Shown here in pieces: positions 1 through 11,790 of a stretch of 64,000 bases of DNA. The notes beneath the pieces were generated by a model. That model worked only from the letters and a program-made list of their open reading frames with translations, searched no databases and was not told the origin of the DNA. Source of the DNA: Squalus acanthias (lineage: Eukaryota); the NCBI GenBank assembly GCA_030390025.1, contig CM059438.1, positions 61,444,001 through 61,508,000 on the forward strand. Direction: 5' to 3'. Each line of letters starts with the position of its first letter. The stretch's first letter is position 1. Position numbers and translations under genes: made by a program.

Positions 1-305
1 GCTCTGGCAGCACCGTGCACTGCACATGGCCACTGGGACAAGGTAGGCGTCCTTGCACACCATTCCTGCCCCCAACACACAAATGACCATCGATACATTC
101 TCCTCAGATAGCAAGCAACCTCATCCTCATGACCCACTTCTCTCTCTTACCAGTTCCTCTTCTCATGTGGGGCCTGGTAGTTATCATTCTGCACTCCCTC
201 ATTTTCTTCATTATTGTTTCACAGAAGAAAGCAGCTTCTTATCGTAGGTGAATCTCCGCAACGAGAGATGGGAAAGTCTTGATCAAGGATCTCACCTGCT
301 CCATA
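1..305 (+). pseudogene. Degenerate Harbinger Myb/SANT gene fragment (end of exon 1, intron, start of exon 2); appears to continue at ~5872-5975 and ~7225-7415
   Basis: Donor AAG|GTAGG at ~42; strong acceptor ttattgtttcacag at ~226 followed by KKAASYRR*ISATRDGKVLIKDLT, similar to exon 2 EKSAHNKRERGRTGGGPPVITHLT of the complete element; QKSAIEV-like continuation after 5872. Confidence 0.4.
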
Positions 306-456
306 GTAACATTAGGAACAGGAGGAGGCCATTCAGCTCCTCGAGCCTGCTCCACCATTCAGTTACATCATGGCTGATCCATACCTCAACTCCATTTACC
401 CGCCTTTGCTCCCTATCCCTTTATACCTTGACCTAACAAAAATCTATCAATCTCTT

Positions 457-554
457 AAATAAAAACAGCAAATGCTGGAAACACTCAGCAGGTCAGGCAG
501 CATCTGTAGAGAGAGAAACAGAGTCAACGTTTCAGGTCGATGACCCTTCATCAG
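457..554 (-). mobile_element. Penelope-like pLTR fragment with 7-bp TSD (atctctt)
   Basis: Sequence gcctgacctgctgagtgtttccagcatttgctgtttt with hammerhead core; atctctt at 450-456 and 555-561. Confidence 0.75.
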
Positions 555-560
555 ATCTCT
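519..560 (-). ncRNA. Minimal type I hammerhead ribozyme motif
   Basis: Minus strand CUGAUGA-a-gggtc-atc-gacct-GAAA-CG-UU; palindromic stem III (AACGUU); stem I imperfect. Confidence 0.6.
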
Positions 561-745
561 TGTCTTGAAAACTCCAAATGTGCCCGCAACCACAGCCTTT
601 GGGGGAGAAAGTTCCAGATTTCTGCTAACCTTTGTGTGAAAAAGTGCTTCCTGATTTAAGAACATAAGAAATAGGAGCAGGAGTAGGCCATATGGCCCCT
701 CGAGCCTGCTCCGCCATTCAATAAGATCATGGCTGATCATCGAAC

Positions 746-3700
746 TCAACTCCACTTTCCCACCCGATCTCCATATCCGTTGATTCCCCTAGAGTCCAAA
801 AATCTATCTGTCTCAGCCTTGAATATTCTCAAAGACTCAGCATTCACAGCCCTCTGGGGCAAAGAATTCCAAAGATTCACAACCCTCTGAGTGAAGAAAT
901 TCCTCCTCATCTCGGTCTTAAATGGCCTACCCCTTATCCTGAGACTATGCCCCCTAGTTCTAGACACTCCAGCCAGAGGAAACAACCTCTCAGCATCTAT
1001 CCTGTCAATCCCCTTCAGAATCTTGTATGTTTCAATGAGATCACCTCTCAGTCTTCTAAACTCCAGAGAGTATAGGCCCATTCTACACAATCTCTCATCA
1101 TAGGGCAGCCCTCTCATCCCAGGAATCAATCTAGTGAACCTTTGTTACACCGCCTCCAAGGCAAGTATATCCTTCCTTAGATAAGGAGACCAAAACTGTG
1201 CACAGTACTCCAGGTGTGGTCTCACCAAGGCTCTGTACAATTGTAGCAAGACTTCCTTACTCTTATACTCCAACCCCCTTGCAATAAAGGCCAACATGCC
1301 ATTTGCCTTCCTTATTGCTTGCTGTACCTGCATGCTAGCTTTCTGTGTTTCTTGCACGAGGACACCCAAATCTCTCTGAACACCAACATTTGAAAGTTTC
1401 TCACCATTTAAAAATGATTCTGTTTTTCTATTCTTCCTACCAAAGTGAATAACCTCACATTTCCCTACATTATACTCCATCTGCCACATTTCTGCCCACT
1501 CACTTAGTCTATCTATATCCCTTTGCAGACTCGTTGTGTTCTCCTCACAGCTTACTTTCCCACCTAGCTTTGTATCATCAGCAAACTTGGATACATTACG
1601 CTCGGTCCCTTCATCTAGGTCATTAATATAGATTGTAAATAGCTGAGGGCCCAACACTGATCCTTGCGGCATCCCACTAGTTACAGCCTGCCAAACTGAA
1701 AAAGATCTGTTTATCCCTACTCTCTGTTTTCTGTCCGTTAACAAATCCTCTATCCATGCTACTACAGTAAACTCTTGTTTAAACGGCACTTAATCATCCG
1801 GAATTCTTTAATAACCGGCAAAATAGATAACCAGTAATCTTGCCGAATCCATCCATTTTTCGTTTTTCTGAGTCCGAGTTTCCCGCAATGGCCGAGTTAG
1901 TCCGTGGTTTTTATTTTTTTTGTGTTAAAAATTGCCTACCTCTCTGTTATCTGGAATTTTTCATCAACCGGCACCATAGGTGCCGGATACGAAAGAGTTT
2001 ACTGTATATTATCCCCAACCCCATGAGCCCTAATCTTGTGTAATAACCTTATCGAATGCCTTTTGGAAATCCAAATATACTACATCCACTGGTTCCCCTT
2101 TATCTACCCTGCTAGTTACATCCTCAAAAAACTCTAATAAATTTGTCAAACACGATTTCCCTTTCATAAAACCATGTTGACTCTGCCTAATCATGTTATG
2201 ATTTTCTAAGTGCCCTGCTACCACTTCCTTAACAATGGATTCCAGCATTTTCCCAATGACTGATGTCAGGCTAACTGACCTGTAGTTTCCTGTTTTTTCC
2301 CTCCCTCCTTTCTTGAATAATGGTGTTACATTTGCCACCTTCCAATCCGCTGGGACCATTCTAGAATCTAGGGAATTTTGGAAGATCAAAACCAATGCAT
2401 CCACTATCTCTTCAGCCACCTCTTTTAGAACCCTAGGATGTAGGCCGTCAGGTCCAGGGGATTTGTTGGCTTTTAGTCCCATTAGTTTCTCTATTACTTT
2501 TTCTCTACTTATATTAATTACGTTAAGTTCCTCACCCTCATTAGACCCTTGGTTCCCCACCATTTTTAGTATGCTTTTTGTGTCTTCTACTGTGAAGACA
2601 GATACAAAATATTTGTTTAATGTTTCTGCCATTTCCTTATTCCCCATAATAATTTCTCCTGTCTCAGCCTCTAAGGGACCAACGTTTACTTTTGCTACTC
2701 TTTTCCTTTTTACATACATGTAGAAGCTCTTACAATCTGCTTTTATATTTCTTGCTAGTTTTCTCTCATATTCTATTTTTTTCCCTTTTTATCAATTTTT
2801 TGGTCAACCTTTGCTGGTTTCTGAAACTCTCCCAATCCTTAGGCTTACTATTATTCTTTGCAACATTATAAGCTTCTTCTTTCAATCTAATGCTATCCTT
2901 AACTTCTTCAGTTAGACATGGTTGGATCACTTTTCCTGTGGAGTTTTTGTTTCTCAATGGAATGTATTTTTGATGAGAATTATGAAATATTTCTTTAAAT
3001 GCTACCCACTGCTTATCTACCGCCATACCTTTTAATCTATTTTTCCAATCTACCTTAGCCAACTCGCCCCTCATACCTATGTAATTGGCTTTATTTAAGT
3101 TTAAGACTCTAGTTTCGGACTTAGGTAAGTCACTCTCAAAATTAATGTGAAGTTCTATCATATTATGATCACTCTGCCCTAGAGGATCCTTTACTATGTG
3201 ATTGCTAATTAACCCTGTCTCATTACACAGTACAAGATCTAAAATAGCCTGTTCCCTGGTTGGTTTCATGACATACTGTTCTAGGAAACTGTCCCGAATG
3301 CATTCCATGAACTCGTCCTCCAGACTACCTTTGCCAATTTGATTTCTCCAGTCGATATGAAAATTAAAGTCTCCCAAGATTATTGCATTATCTTTGTTGC
3401 AAGCTCCTACTATTTCTTGATTAATATTCTGTCCAATGGTATAGCTACTGTTAGGGGGCCTATATACTACTCCTACCAGTGTTTTCTGACCCTTGTTATT
3501 CCTTATCTCCACCCATACTGATTCTACTTCCTGATCCTCCAAGCCAAGATCCTTTCTCGCTACTGTCCTTATGTCATCCTTTATTATCAGGGCTACTCCC
3601 CCTCCTTTTCCATTCTGCCTGTCTTTTCGAAATGTCAAGTACCCTGGAACAGTTAGTTCCCAACCTTGGCCACCTTGCAACCACGTCTCTGTAATGGCTA

Positions 3701-3790
3701 TTAGATCAAACCCATTTATCTCTAGTTGTGCCACTAGTTCGTCTATCTTGTTACGAATGCTTCGTGCATTCAGATAAAGAGCATTTAATT
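746..3790 (-). pseudogene. CR1 ORF2: AP endonuclease + reverse transcriptase, frameshifted and split by a MITE
   Basis: ITETWL, GVVYRPP, GDFN, SDHN (APE); [31 protein letters not shown] (RT) in ORFs 2766-3734, 2030-2719, 1145-1789, 746-1129. Confidence 0.95.
1765..2004. mobile_element. Tc1/mariner (pogo/Tigger-like) MITE, 240 bp, inserted in CR1 ORF2
   Basis: TIR cagtaaactctt...aagagtttactg; TA duplication at 1763-1764 and 2005-2006. Confidence 0.9.
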
Positions 3791-3983
3791 ACATTTTTTA
3801 CCATAATTCTCTGCTTTGGCCTTATTCTCTGCTGCACTGCTACTGTTAAACTCTCTGTCCCTTCCTGTCACACTCTGCTTATTTTTACCCAAATCGCTAC
3901 ACTGCTCTATTGCCTTGACCTTTCTCTTTAATTTCTAAATTTCCCCTCACCTGACCCCTCCCCCCCTTTTTTAGTTTAAAGCC

Positions 3984-4880
3984 CTATCTCCAGCCCTCGT
4001 TATTCGGTTTGCCAGGACGCTGGTCCCAGCTCGGTTTAAGTGGAGCCCGTCCCGACGGAACAGCTCCTCTTTCTCCAGTACTGGTGCCAGTGTCCATGAA
4101 TTGAAACCCCTTTTTCCCACACCACTCTTTGAGCCACGCATTTAACTCTCTGATCTGCTTGACCCTATGCCAATTTGCGCGTGGCTCAGGTAGTAATCCA
4201 GAGATTATTACCCTTGTGGTTCTGCTTATTAATTTAGACCCTAGCACCTCAAACTCCCTCAGCAGAACCTCATTCTTAGTTCTAACTATGTCGTTGGTTC
4301 CTACATGGACCACGACAACTGGATCCTCCTCCTCCCACTCCAAGTTCTTCTCCAGCTGCAAGGAGATATCCTTAACCCTGGCACCGGGCAGGCAACACAG
4401 CCTTCGGGACTCTCTTTCACGGCTGCAGAGAACAGTATCTATCCCCCTGACTATACTGTCCCCTACTGCTACCACATTCCTTCCTTCAACCCCCACTTGG
4501 ATGACCCCCTGTACCACAATGCCGTGGTCAGTTTTCCCATCTTCCCTGCAGTCCTTTTCCTCATCCATACAGGTAGAAAGTACCTCGTACCTGTTGGACA
4601 AGGTCCAGGGCTGAGGCTCCTCCATCACTACATCCTGGATCCCCATACCTTCCTGACTCGCAGTCACACCGGGTGTGACTGCCTCCTGGAACAAAGTGTC
4701 CAGGTAACTCTCCCTCTCCCTGATGCATCGCAATGTCTGCAGCTCGTACTCCAGCTCAACAATTCTGAGCCGAAGTTCCTCGAGTTGCAGGCACTTACTG
4801 CAGATGTGGTTGCTCAGGATCGCGATGCTCTCCACAAACTCCCACATGCTGCAGTTACGAACAACCACCTGCCCTGCCAT
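3984..4880 (-). pseudogene. CR1 ORF1: zinc finger/leucine zipper + SGNH/GDSL esterase; probable C-terminal frameshift
   Basis: CSKC plus heptad leucines, VGDSIVRG, CLPGA, VVVHVGTND motifs. Confidence 0.9.
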
Positions 4881-5138
4881 CTCTAACCTTGTTTTATTTA
4901 TTTTTTAATTAATTAGTTAAAGATTTTACTCAATCGATATTTTAGGTTTATTGTTTGATTATTTTATTTAGTTTAAGTTATTAATTTAATAAGTACTAGC
5001 AAGTTACAGTTTCTCAGCTCTTAATTTAACCTCTTCCCTAACTTAGAGAGCAAAAATGAGCTGTAATACTCACCAACCAATCACCTACCTGCTCTCCTGT
5101 GACGTCACTCTTTGATGTTGTTTTTGAATCGGAGCCTT

Positions 5139-5582
5139 GCCGCTGCTTTAATTCAGGTCCGCTCTCAGGCCGCTCTTTATCCTCTCGTTGCTGACACTGC
5201 TTTAATTCAGGTCCGCTTTCAGGCCGCTCTTTATCCTCTCGTTGCTGCCGCTGCTTTAATTCAGGTCCGCTCTCAGGCCGCTCTTTATCCTCTCGTTGCT
5301 GCCGCTGCTTTAATTCAGCTCCAGTCCCAGGCCGCTCTTTATCCTCTCGTTGCTGCCGCTGCTTTAATTCAGCTCCACTCCCAGGCCGCTCTTTATCCTC
5401 TCGTTGCTGACGCTGCTTTAATTCAGGTCCGCTCTCAGGCCGCTCTTTATCCTCTCGTTGCTGCCGCTGCTTTAATTCAGCTCCACTCCCAGGCCGCTCT
5501 TTATCCTCTCGTTGCTGACGCTGCTTTAATTCAGGTCCGCTCTCAGGCCGCTCTTTATCCTCTCGCCGCTGCCGCTGCTTTT
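5139..5582. repeat. 54-bp tandem array (~8 units) at the CR1 5' end
   Basis: Unit gctgctttaattcaggtccgctctcaggccgctctttatcctctcgttgctgcc with variants. Confidence 0.9.
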
Positions 5583-5597
5583 ATGTTTCAATAATTA

Positions 5598-5765
5598 TAG
5601 ATTTTATACGATCACCTCTCATTCTTCTAAACTCCAGAGAATATAGGCCCATTCTACTCAATCTCTCCTCATAGGACAGCCCTCTCATACCAGGTGAAAC
5701 CTTCATTTCACCCCCTCCAAGACAAGTATATCCTCCCATAGGTAAGGCGACCAAAACTGTACACG
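5598..5765 (-). mobile_element. CR1 ORF2 C-terminal fragment
   Basis: Similar to ~1030-1205 of the full element. Confidence 0.75.
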
Positions 5766-5977
5766 TTTCACTCCTGAATGGACCAGCTCTAATTTTAAGA
5801 TAATGTCCCCTCGTTCTTGATTTCCCCCATCAGAGGACATTGTTCCTCTATATCAACCTTTTAATCCTTTTAACAGAAGTCGGCTATTGAAGTGCAGTCA
5901 GGAGCTGGCCGAAGCTGGAGAAGTTGGCAGGTGAGTCCCAGCCCAGGGTTTGTACTCAAGGCTCCTTCTGACACAAT

Positions 5978-7219
5978 GGCCCCGATTCCCCGATATTCAC
6001 TGGGGTGAAGCTTCGGAGCGGGGGTGGGGAGGAGTAATGGTCAGGAAACCCGGAAGTTTTAACTCCAGGGCATGCGTGTTTTTTTTTAAACAGATTCCCT
6101 GCCCGGAAGCCAGCCTGATTGACAGGCTTGGCTGCCTGTCGAGAGGGGAAGTTCTCCAGTAAAGGCCATAGCTGAGGATCAGGGAGGTTTCGTGGTTGTT
6201 GGGGATAGAGATCACGGGGAAGGGGAAGTGGGTAGAGTGTGGCTGGGGGTGTCAGGGATGATCGCGGAGGGGGGGGGGGTCGGGGAAGATCGTGTGGGAG
6301 TCGGAGATTGGTGGGCGAGATGGGGGGGTCGAGGGGAGAGTCGGTGATTGCGGGGCGTCGGGCGAGATGGGGCGTTGGTGATGGAGGTTGTCGGGGAGGA
6401 AGTAGTGGAAATGGGGAAGGGGATTTACAGGTTAGTTTGTTGGGCCTGGAGGAAACACTCCTGCTCCTCCTGGCCCACAAGCTGTGCTGTAAATTGGGAC
6501 TTACCCAATGGATCCAGCCCTTCTGGCCTCCTTTTACCTGCCAGGTTTCCCAAGGCCCAGAAAACCTGGCCAACATGGGTTAAAAATAGAAACCCTGTAA
6601 AAATGGAAGCACGCAGCCTCCTTAAAAGGTTTCAACGACTGACCCGCCTTCTGCAAGCGGATTGGTCACCCGCCCCTCAACCCGCCTCTGTTAAAGAAAG
6701 AAAGAAAGACTTGCATTTATATAGCGCCTTTCACGACCACCGGACGTCTCAAATCGCTTTACAGCCAATGAAGTACTTTTGAAGTGGAGTCACTGTTGTA
6801 ATGTGGGAAACGCGGCAGCCAATTTGCACACAGCAAGCTCCCACAAACAGCAATGTGATAATGACCAGATAATCTGTTTTTGTTATGTTGGTTGAGGGAT
6901 AAATATTGGCCAGGACACTGGGGATAAATCCCCTGCTCTTCTTCGAAAAAGTGCCGTGGGATCTTTTACGTCTACCTGAGAGCGCAGACGGGGCCTCGGT
7001 TTAACATTTGATCCGAAAGACGGCACCTCCAACAGTGCAGCACTCCCTCAGCACTGCACTGGAGTGTCAGCCTAGCTTAATGTGCGCAAGTCCCTGGAGT
7101 GGGATTAAAACTGGAAGTGGGTGGGTTTGTGGCGAGGTGGGTTCCTGTTTCAGATTTTTAACATTTTAACCACCCACCCGAACCAAACCCATCTGTTTTT
7201 GTGGGTTAAAATTACCCGC
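5978..7219. mobile_element. GC-rich Harbinger-type non-autonomous element containing a DeuSINE
   Basis: Right end ttaaaattacccgc; AAT on both flanks; internal cactcctgctcctcctggcccaca motif shared with ~8630 and ~42110; left TIR degenerate. Confidence 0.6.
6695..7105 (-). mobile_element. DeuSINE (SacSINE1-like)
   Basis: Deu core and L2-like tail gaaaggcgctatataaatgcaagtctttc. Confidence 0.85.
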
Positions 7220-7540
7220 AATGAAAGCTAACCTCCTATTAGAAGCAGCGCCACGGAATGTTTAACAAAACCAGCTGTACCATGCCAGGTGCCTGCTGAT
7301 ACCAGGTCAGGCACAGTTATCATCAAATTTCCATCTTATAACATTTTCCTTTCTATGTCTTTCAGAGCCGGCCCCTCCTGAGGCTCGACAGCAAGGCCGC
7401 CCCCTTGGCCACCGAGTGTCTGCCCTACTCTTGTGGCCATGGTGATGTTAGGGCTGGTCCAGTTCAGCTTCTGGTCCATGACAACCCCCCAAGTTGTATG
7501 TAGCAATGAGACAAGAGCACGTACTGTAAGTACCCAGTGA

Positions 7541-7992
7541 ATCATAGAATCATAGAAAGTTACAGCACGGAAGGAGGCCATTTCGGCCCATCGTGTCCGC
7601 GCCGGCCAACAAAGAGCTATCCAGCCTAATCCCACTTCCCAGCTCTTGGTCCGTAGCCCTACAGGTTAGAGCATCCCAAGTGCACATCCAAGTACTTTTT
7701 AAATGTGGTTTGGGTTCCTGCCTCTACCACCCTTTCAGGCAGTGAGTTCCAGACCCCCACAACCCTCTGGGTGAAGAAATTTCCCCTCAAATCCCCTCTA
7801 AACCTTCCCCCAATTACTTAAATCTGTGCCCCCTGGTTTTTGACCTCTCTGCTAAGGGAAATAGGTCCTCTGTATCCACTTTATCCATGCCCCTCATAAT
7901 TTTATACACCTCAATAAGGTCTCCTCTCAGCCTCCTCTGTTCCAAAGAAAACAGACCCAGCCTATCCAGTCTTTCCTCATAGCTAAGATTGA
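7541..7992 (-). mobile_element. CR1 3' fragment
   Basis: SYEERLDRLGLFSLEQRRLRGDLIEVYKI; (ttctatga)n tail. Confidence 0.9.
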
Positions 7993-8424
7993 ACATGAAC
8001 CAAGACTTGTACTACAAGTACCCAGTTAAAGAAGAATTAGAACAGTGTCTCACACCATCCAACTTTAACCCGATAGTCATTATGCTACATGAAAAAGTTG
8101 CAACACCTCAAACTTTGCAAGACGAAGGTGGTAGAAATGTTGCCATGGTTTAAAGATGCGAACCCTGTGTGTACCAATGCTTTCAGTCCTGCCACTCAGA
8201 GCAAATCATAGATTTGATCCACAGTGCTCCCTACCCTTGCCTCTTCGATATCTATAACTCACTGGCTTTGCCTTCCAATCTGGGCCAGCCTCGGGCCACA
8301 TTTCAATCATTTAGGTGAGCTGTCACCACCTGTCATGCCTCCACAGGCAGCTCAGCCATTTCAGTCAATGAATTTCTCACTTTTAAATTAATAAATAAAT
8401 GACTCAGAGAGGAGGGGGGAGAGG

Positions 8425-8690
8425 ACAGCGGGGGACGGGGAGGTGGGGGGGGCGGGTGACAATCGCGGCTTGTCAGCGGCCCTCGGGAGTGCAGTGGAAC
8501 CGGGAGAAAGAAAGACTTACATTTATATAGCACCTTAGCACCTTTCACGACCACCGGATGTCCCAAAGCGCTTTACAGCCAATGAAGTACTTTTGAAGGG
8601 TAGTCACTGTTGTAATGTGGGGAGCACCAACCCCTGCTCCTCCTGGCTCCACATCAACCTTAAAAAAAATGACCTACCTTTTTGGTGGCA
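8425..8690. mobile_element. GC-rich MITE fragment interrupted by a DeuSINE tail (8505-8620, minus)
   Basis: cctgctcctcctggctccaca motif; SINE tail. Confidence 0.55.
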
Positions 8691-9109
8691 GCGGTTTGCT
8701 AGGCAAATGCCAACAGGAATCCGGAAAGGAGACTTCAAGAACTCAGCAATAACTTTATCCAAGAGTTTGAACGATATCTCCACTAGCACATTACAGATTA
8801 CCGGTTATAGGGCCCAAGGTACTGCCTGGCTAAACTTTCCACTGACGTTACAGAGCAGGGTGTTTGCTGACACTTTAAGAAGTTAAAGCTGAGGATTTAC
8901 AGCGGACATAAAGGTTACACTTTCCTTTATATTAAAAAAGAGAACTGTAAACCTCATTTTGGAAAAGTTTGAAATTCTTTGGCCAGTTCAGCAATTTTCC
9001 ACTGACAAACGCACATTATGTATTTGACACCACACTCAACGTTCTCTGTTGAAGGAAAGGTGGATCTATGAGAAAAGCCTTGTTCGGTTGCTTACAAAAA
9101 TACAAAGGG

Positions 9110-9281
9110 GGCGTCAAGGGGACATGGACAGGAGACGCAAAACAGGCGGAATCACTCTTGCTGCCCGTTATACGACACATCCAGTATTCAGTTCCATTGC
9201 AGTCAATCGGGCGGGGCGTCTGACAGGAGGCCAGTGCCACACCGCCTGGTTTACATCCTGCCAATGTCCAATTTCACCCCC
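9110..9281. mobile_element. Degenerate short Harbinger-type MITE
   Basis: Ends aatttcaccccc; central ttccattgcagtcaat resembles MITEs at 33859 and 49581. Confidence 0.45.
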
Positions 9282-9551
9282 GATGTCTATAAAGTGAGGA
9301 AATAAAGTTCCAGAGGAGAGAGGGGAAGCACACATGCCAGAGCTCTTCAGATTGCTGAACGTGTCGGACTACCTCACTGCACGGACACCATTTCAAAAAA
9401 AACTCAATGATTCTATGAATGAGTAACCATTTTTCTGTGAATCAATGAAATGGGACCTGGACACAGAACTAATGAAAAAATTGCTTTAGTTAGCAAGTCT
9501 TCAATTTAAAAAAAAAAGTAAAAGTTTGCATGGTAAAGAGAAACCAATTTG

Positions 9552-9952
9552 CGTCAGTGGGTAGCACCCTCGCCTCTGAGTCAGAAGGTTGTGGGTTAAA
9601 GCCCCACTCCAGAGACTTGAGTACAAAATCTAGGCTGACACTCCCAGTGCAGTGCTGAGGGAGCGCTGCACTGTCAGAGGTGCCGCCTTTCAGATGAGAC
9701 GTTAAACCGATGCCCCATCTGTCCTCTCAGGTGGATGCAAAAGATCCCATGGCACTATTTTCGAAGAGCAGGGGAGTTCTCCTGGCCAATATTTATCCCT
9801 CAATCAACATCGCTAAAACAGATTATCTGGTGATTATCACATTGCTGTTTGTGGGAGCTTGCTGTGCGCAAATTTGCTGCCGCGTTTCCTACATTAAAAC
9901 TTTGAGACGTCCTGAGGTCGTGAAAGGCGCTATAGAAATGCAAGTTCTTTCT
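9552..9952 (+). mobile_element. DeuSINE (SacSINE1-like)
   Basis: tRNA-like head, Deu core (gatgagacgttaaaccga...aaagatcccatggcacta), L2-like tail. Confidence 0.9.
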
Positions 9953-10346
9953 ATCACCGATTAATTGTGTGAAATCACAAAGTCTGCTGAAGGTATGATT
10001 TTGGGAAGAAGCATCACTGTAAGGATCCTTCAGAGGGACGGCACTCAAGGCTGTCCAAATATTACTGATGCATGAATGTCAGAGAATTCCAAAGAGATTG
10101 GACTGGCTCCATCCCTGAGCTGCACAGGGAAGAAATGTTGGTTATGGATATTCGGAGTCAAAAATGTCACCACAGAGCCGATCTGCCCAGCCAACTCTGC
10201 CCAACTAACGTACATTTTGAAGTCAAGCGCACAGATTTTCTTTTGAATGCCTTCTGATTTTCATCCGTTGGATTTTCCAGTGTTACTTTTTATAGTACCT
10301 GCTCTGACCCTTGACATTCAGTTCCGCCTTTAACCTAGCACCAAGC

Positions 10347-10855
10347 AATCATCGAATCTTACAGCACAGAAGGAGGCCATTCGGCCCGTTGTTCCTCTGC
10401 CAGCTCTTTGAAAGCCGTCCAATTTAGACCCACGCCCCAACATTTTCCCCATAACCCTGCAAATTAGTCCTCTTCAAGTACATGTCCAATTGCCTTTTAA
10501 AAGTTCCTGTCAGGTTATGCGTCCCAGGTCATAACAACCCTCTGTGTGTGAAAAAGTTTCTCCTTATTTCCCCTCTAGTTCTTTTGCCAATTATTTTAAA
10601 TCTATGACCTCTGGTTACCGACCCATTACCAGTGAAAACAGTTTCTCCCTACTTGCTCTGTCAAAACCCCTCATAATTTTGAATACTTCTAATAGGTCTT
10701 CCCTTAACCTTCTCTGTTCTAAGGAGAAGAATCCCAGCTTCTCCAATCTCTCCACATAACTGAAGTCCCTCATCCCTGGTATCATCTTGGGAAACCTCCT
10801 CCCCAAGGCCTTGACATCCTTCATAAAGTGTGATGCCCAGAATTGGACACCCATT
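10347..10855 (-). mobile_element. CR1 3' fragment
   Basis: VQFWASHF...LEKLGFFSLEQRRLREDL. Confidence 0.85.
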
Positions 10856-11139
10856 TTATAGGGGTGTGGTTAATGTCCAGTGGTGATGATCTGTCTCATT
10901 TTCCACCATTGCCATTTCATTTATTTGGGGCTTTAATCACACTTGGCGTCCAGCATTGTCAGGCATTAAGTTAAAAGCAGAAGTAAATTTAAAGTGCCAA
11001 AGCAAGTACTATAACAAGTCTTGTAAAATATTTATTCCTGAACTGTTTTCCTTAGTTTTTTATTGTATCGACGCTAATAACTCCCAGCTTTCTGCCTTCA
11101 GTGGTGGGACTCACATTCTTCCCCTTCCCCATTTTAAAG

Positions 11140-11385
11140 GGGCTATAATTGGTTTCCCATTGTGAACACTCCCTGTTTTTGGAGGAAGAAGAGGAGGAGG
11201 AACAGGACTTACTACTGAGGCACCAACAGGAGGTGTATGGCACCCACTTGCTGGTACCCCCCCACTGAAGAATATACAGAAGAGCAGTGCTTGTGGAGGC
11301 TGCCATCAATGAGTTCTTCCACCTGCTGCAATCCAACCCTGTCCAGCATAGGCACCGCACTGCCAACCGCTCCACTGTGAATGAC
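11140..11385 (+). pseudogene. Highly degenerate Harbinger transposase N-terminal fragment
   Basis: TEEQCLWRL / EAAINEFFHLLQS / GTALP-like segments parallel TEQQCFRRL...ICSLLEQ...GHALP at 43560-43680. Confidence 0.45.
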
Positions 11386-11735
11386 ATAGAATGGCATAGA
11401 AATTACAGCACAGAAACAGGCCATTTGGCCCAACAGGTCTGTGCCGGTGTTTATGATCCACACGAGCCTCCTCCCACCCTACTTCATCTCACCCTATCAG
11501 CATATCCTCCTAGTCCTTTCTCCCTCATGTGTTTATCTAGCTTCCCCTTAAATGCAGCTATGCTATTCGCCGCAACTACTCCATGTGGTAGTGAGTTCCA
11601 CATTCTCACCACTCTCTGAGTAAAGAAGTTTCTCCTGAATTCCTTATTGGATGTATTAGTGACTCTCTTCGACTTATGACCCCTAGTTTTGGATGCCCCC
11701 ACAAGCGGAAACATTTTCTCCATGTCTACCCTATA
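11385..11735 (-). mobile_element. CR1 3' fragment
   Basis: RRNFFTQRVVRMWNSLP. Confidence 0.85.
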
Positions 11736-11790
11736 GGCCACTTGTCTATATTTACAGCCAAAATGTTCTACATTACTTAACAAACACGAA

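Larger units (their letters stand above)
306..656 (-). mobile_element. Old CR1 LINE 3' fragment; resumes at 5766-5870 after nested insertions
   Basis: CR1 3' UTR (aggaggccattcagc...catggctgatc...caactcca); ...tgcttcctgatt at 656 joins tcactcctgaatgg at ~5768. Confidence 0.8.
657..5590 (-). mobile_element. Near full-length CR1 LINE (decayed)
   Basis: 3' (ttcttatg)n tail at 657, ORF2 with APE and RT, ORF1 esterase, 5' tandem array. Confidence 0.95.

Noticed and set aside
2313..4886. Plus-strand ORFs opposite the CR1 ORFs
   Set aside because: Antisense shadows of LINE coding sequence; same for similar ORFs over other LINEs
5112..5594. 160-aa repetitive ORF or possible CRISPR-like array
   Set aside because: ORF arises from a 54-bp (multiple of 3) tandem unit; no unique spacers, no cas genes, eukaryotic context
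8700..8800. Peptide ANANRNPERRLQELSNNFIQEFERYLH* as a terminal exon
   Set aside because: Short, weak acceptor adjoining MITE-derived sequence, no recognised homology
9552..9625. tRNA gene
   Set aside because: tRNA-derived SINE head continuing into the Deu core; applies to all copies
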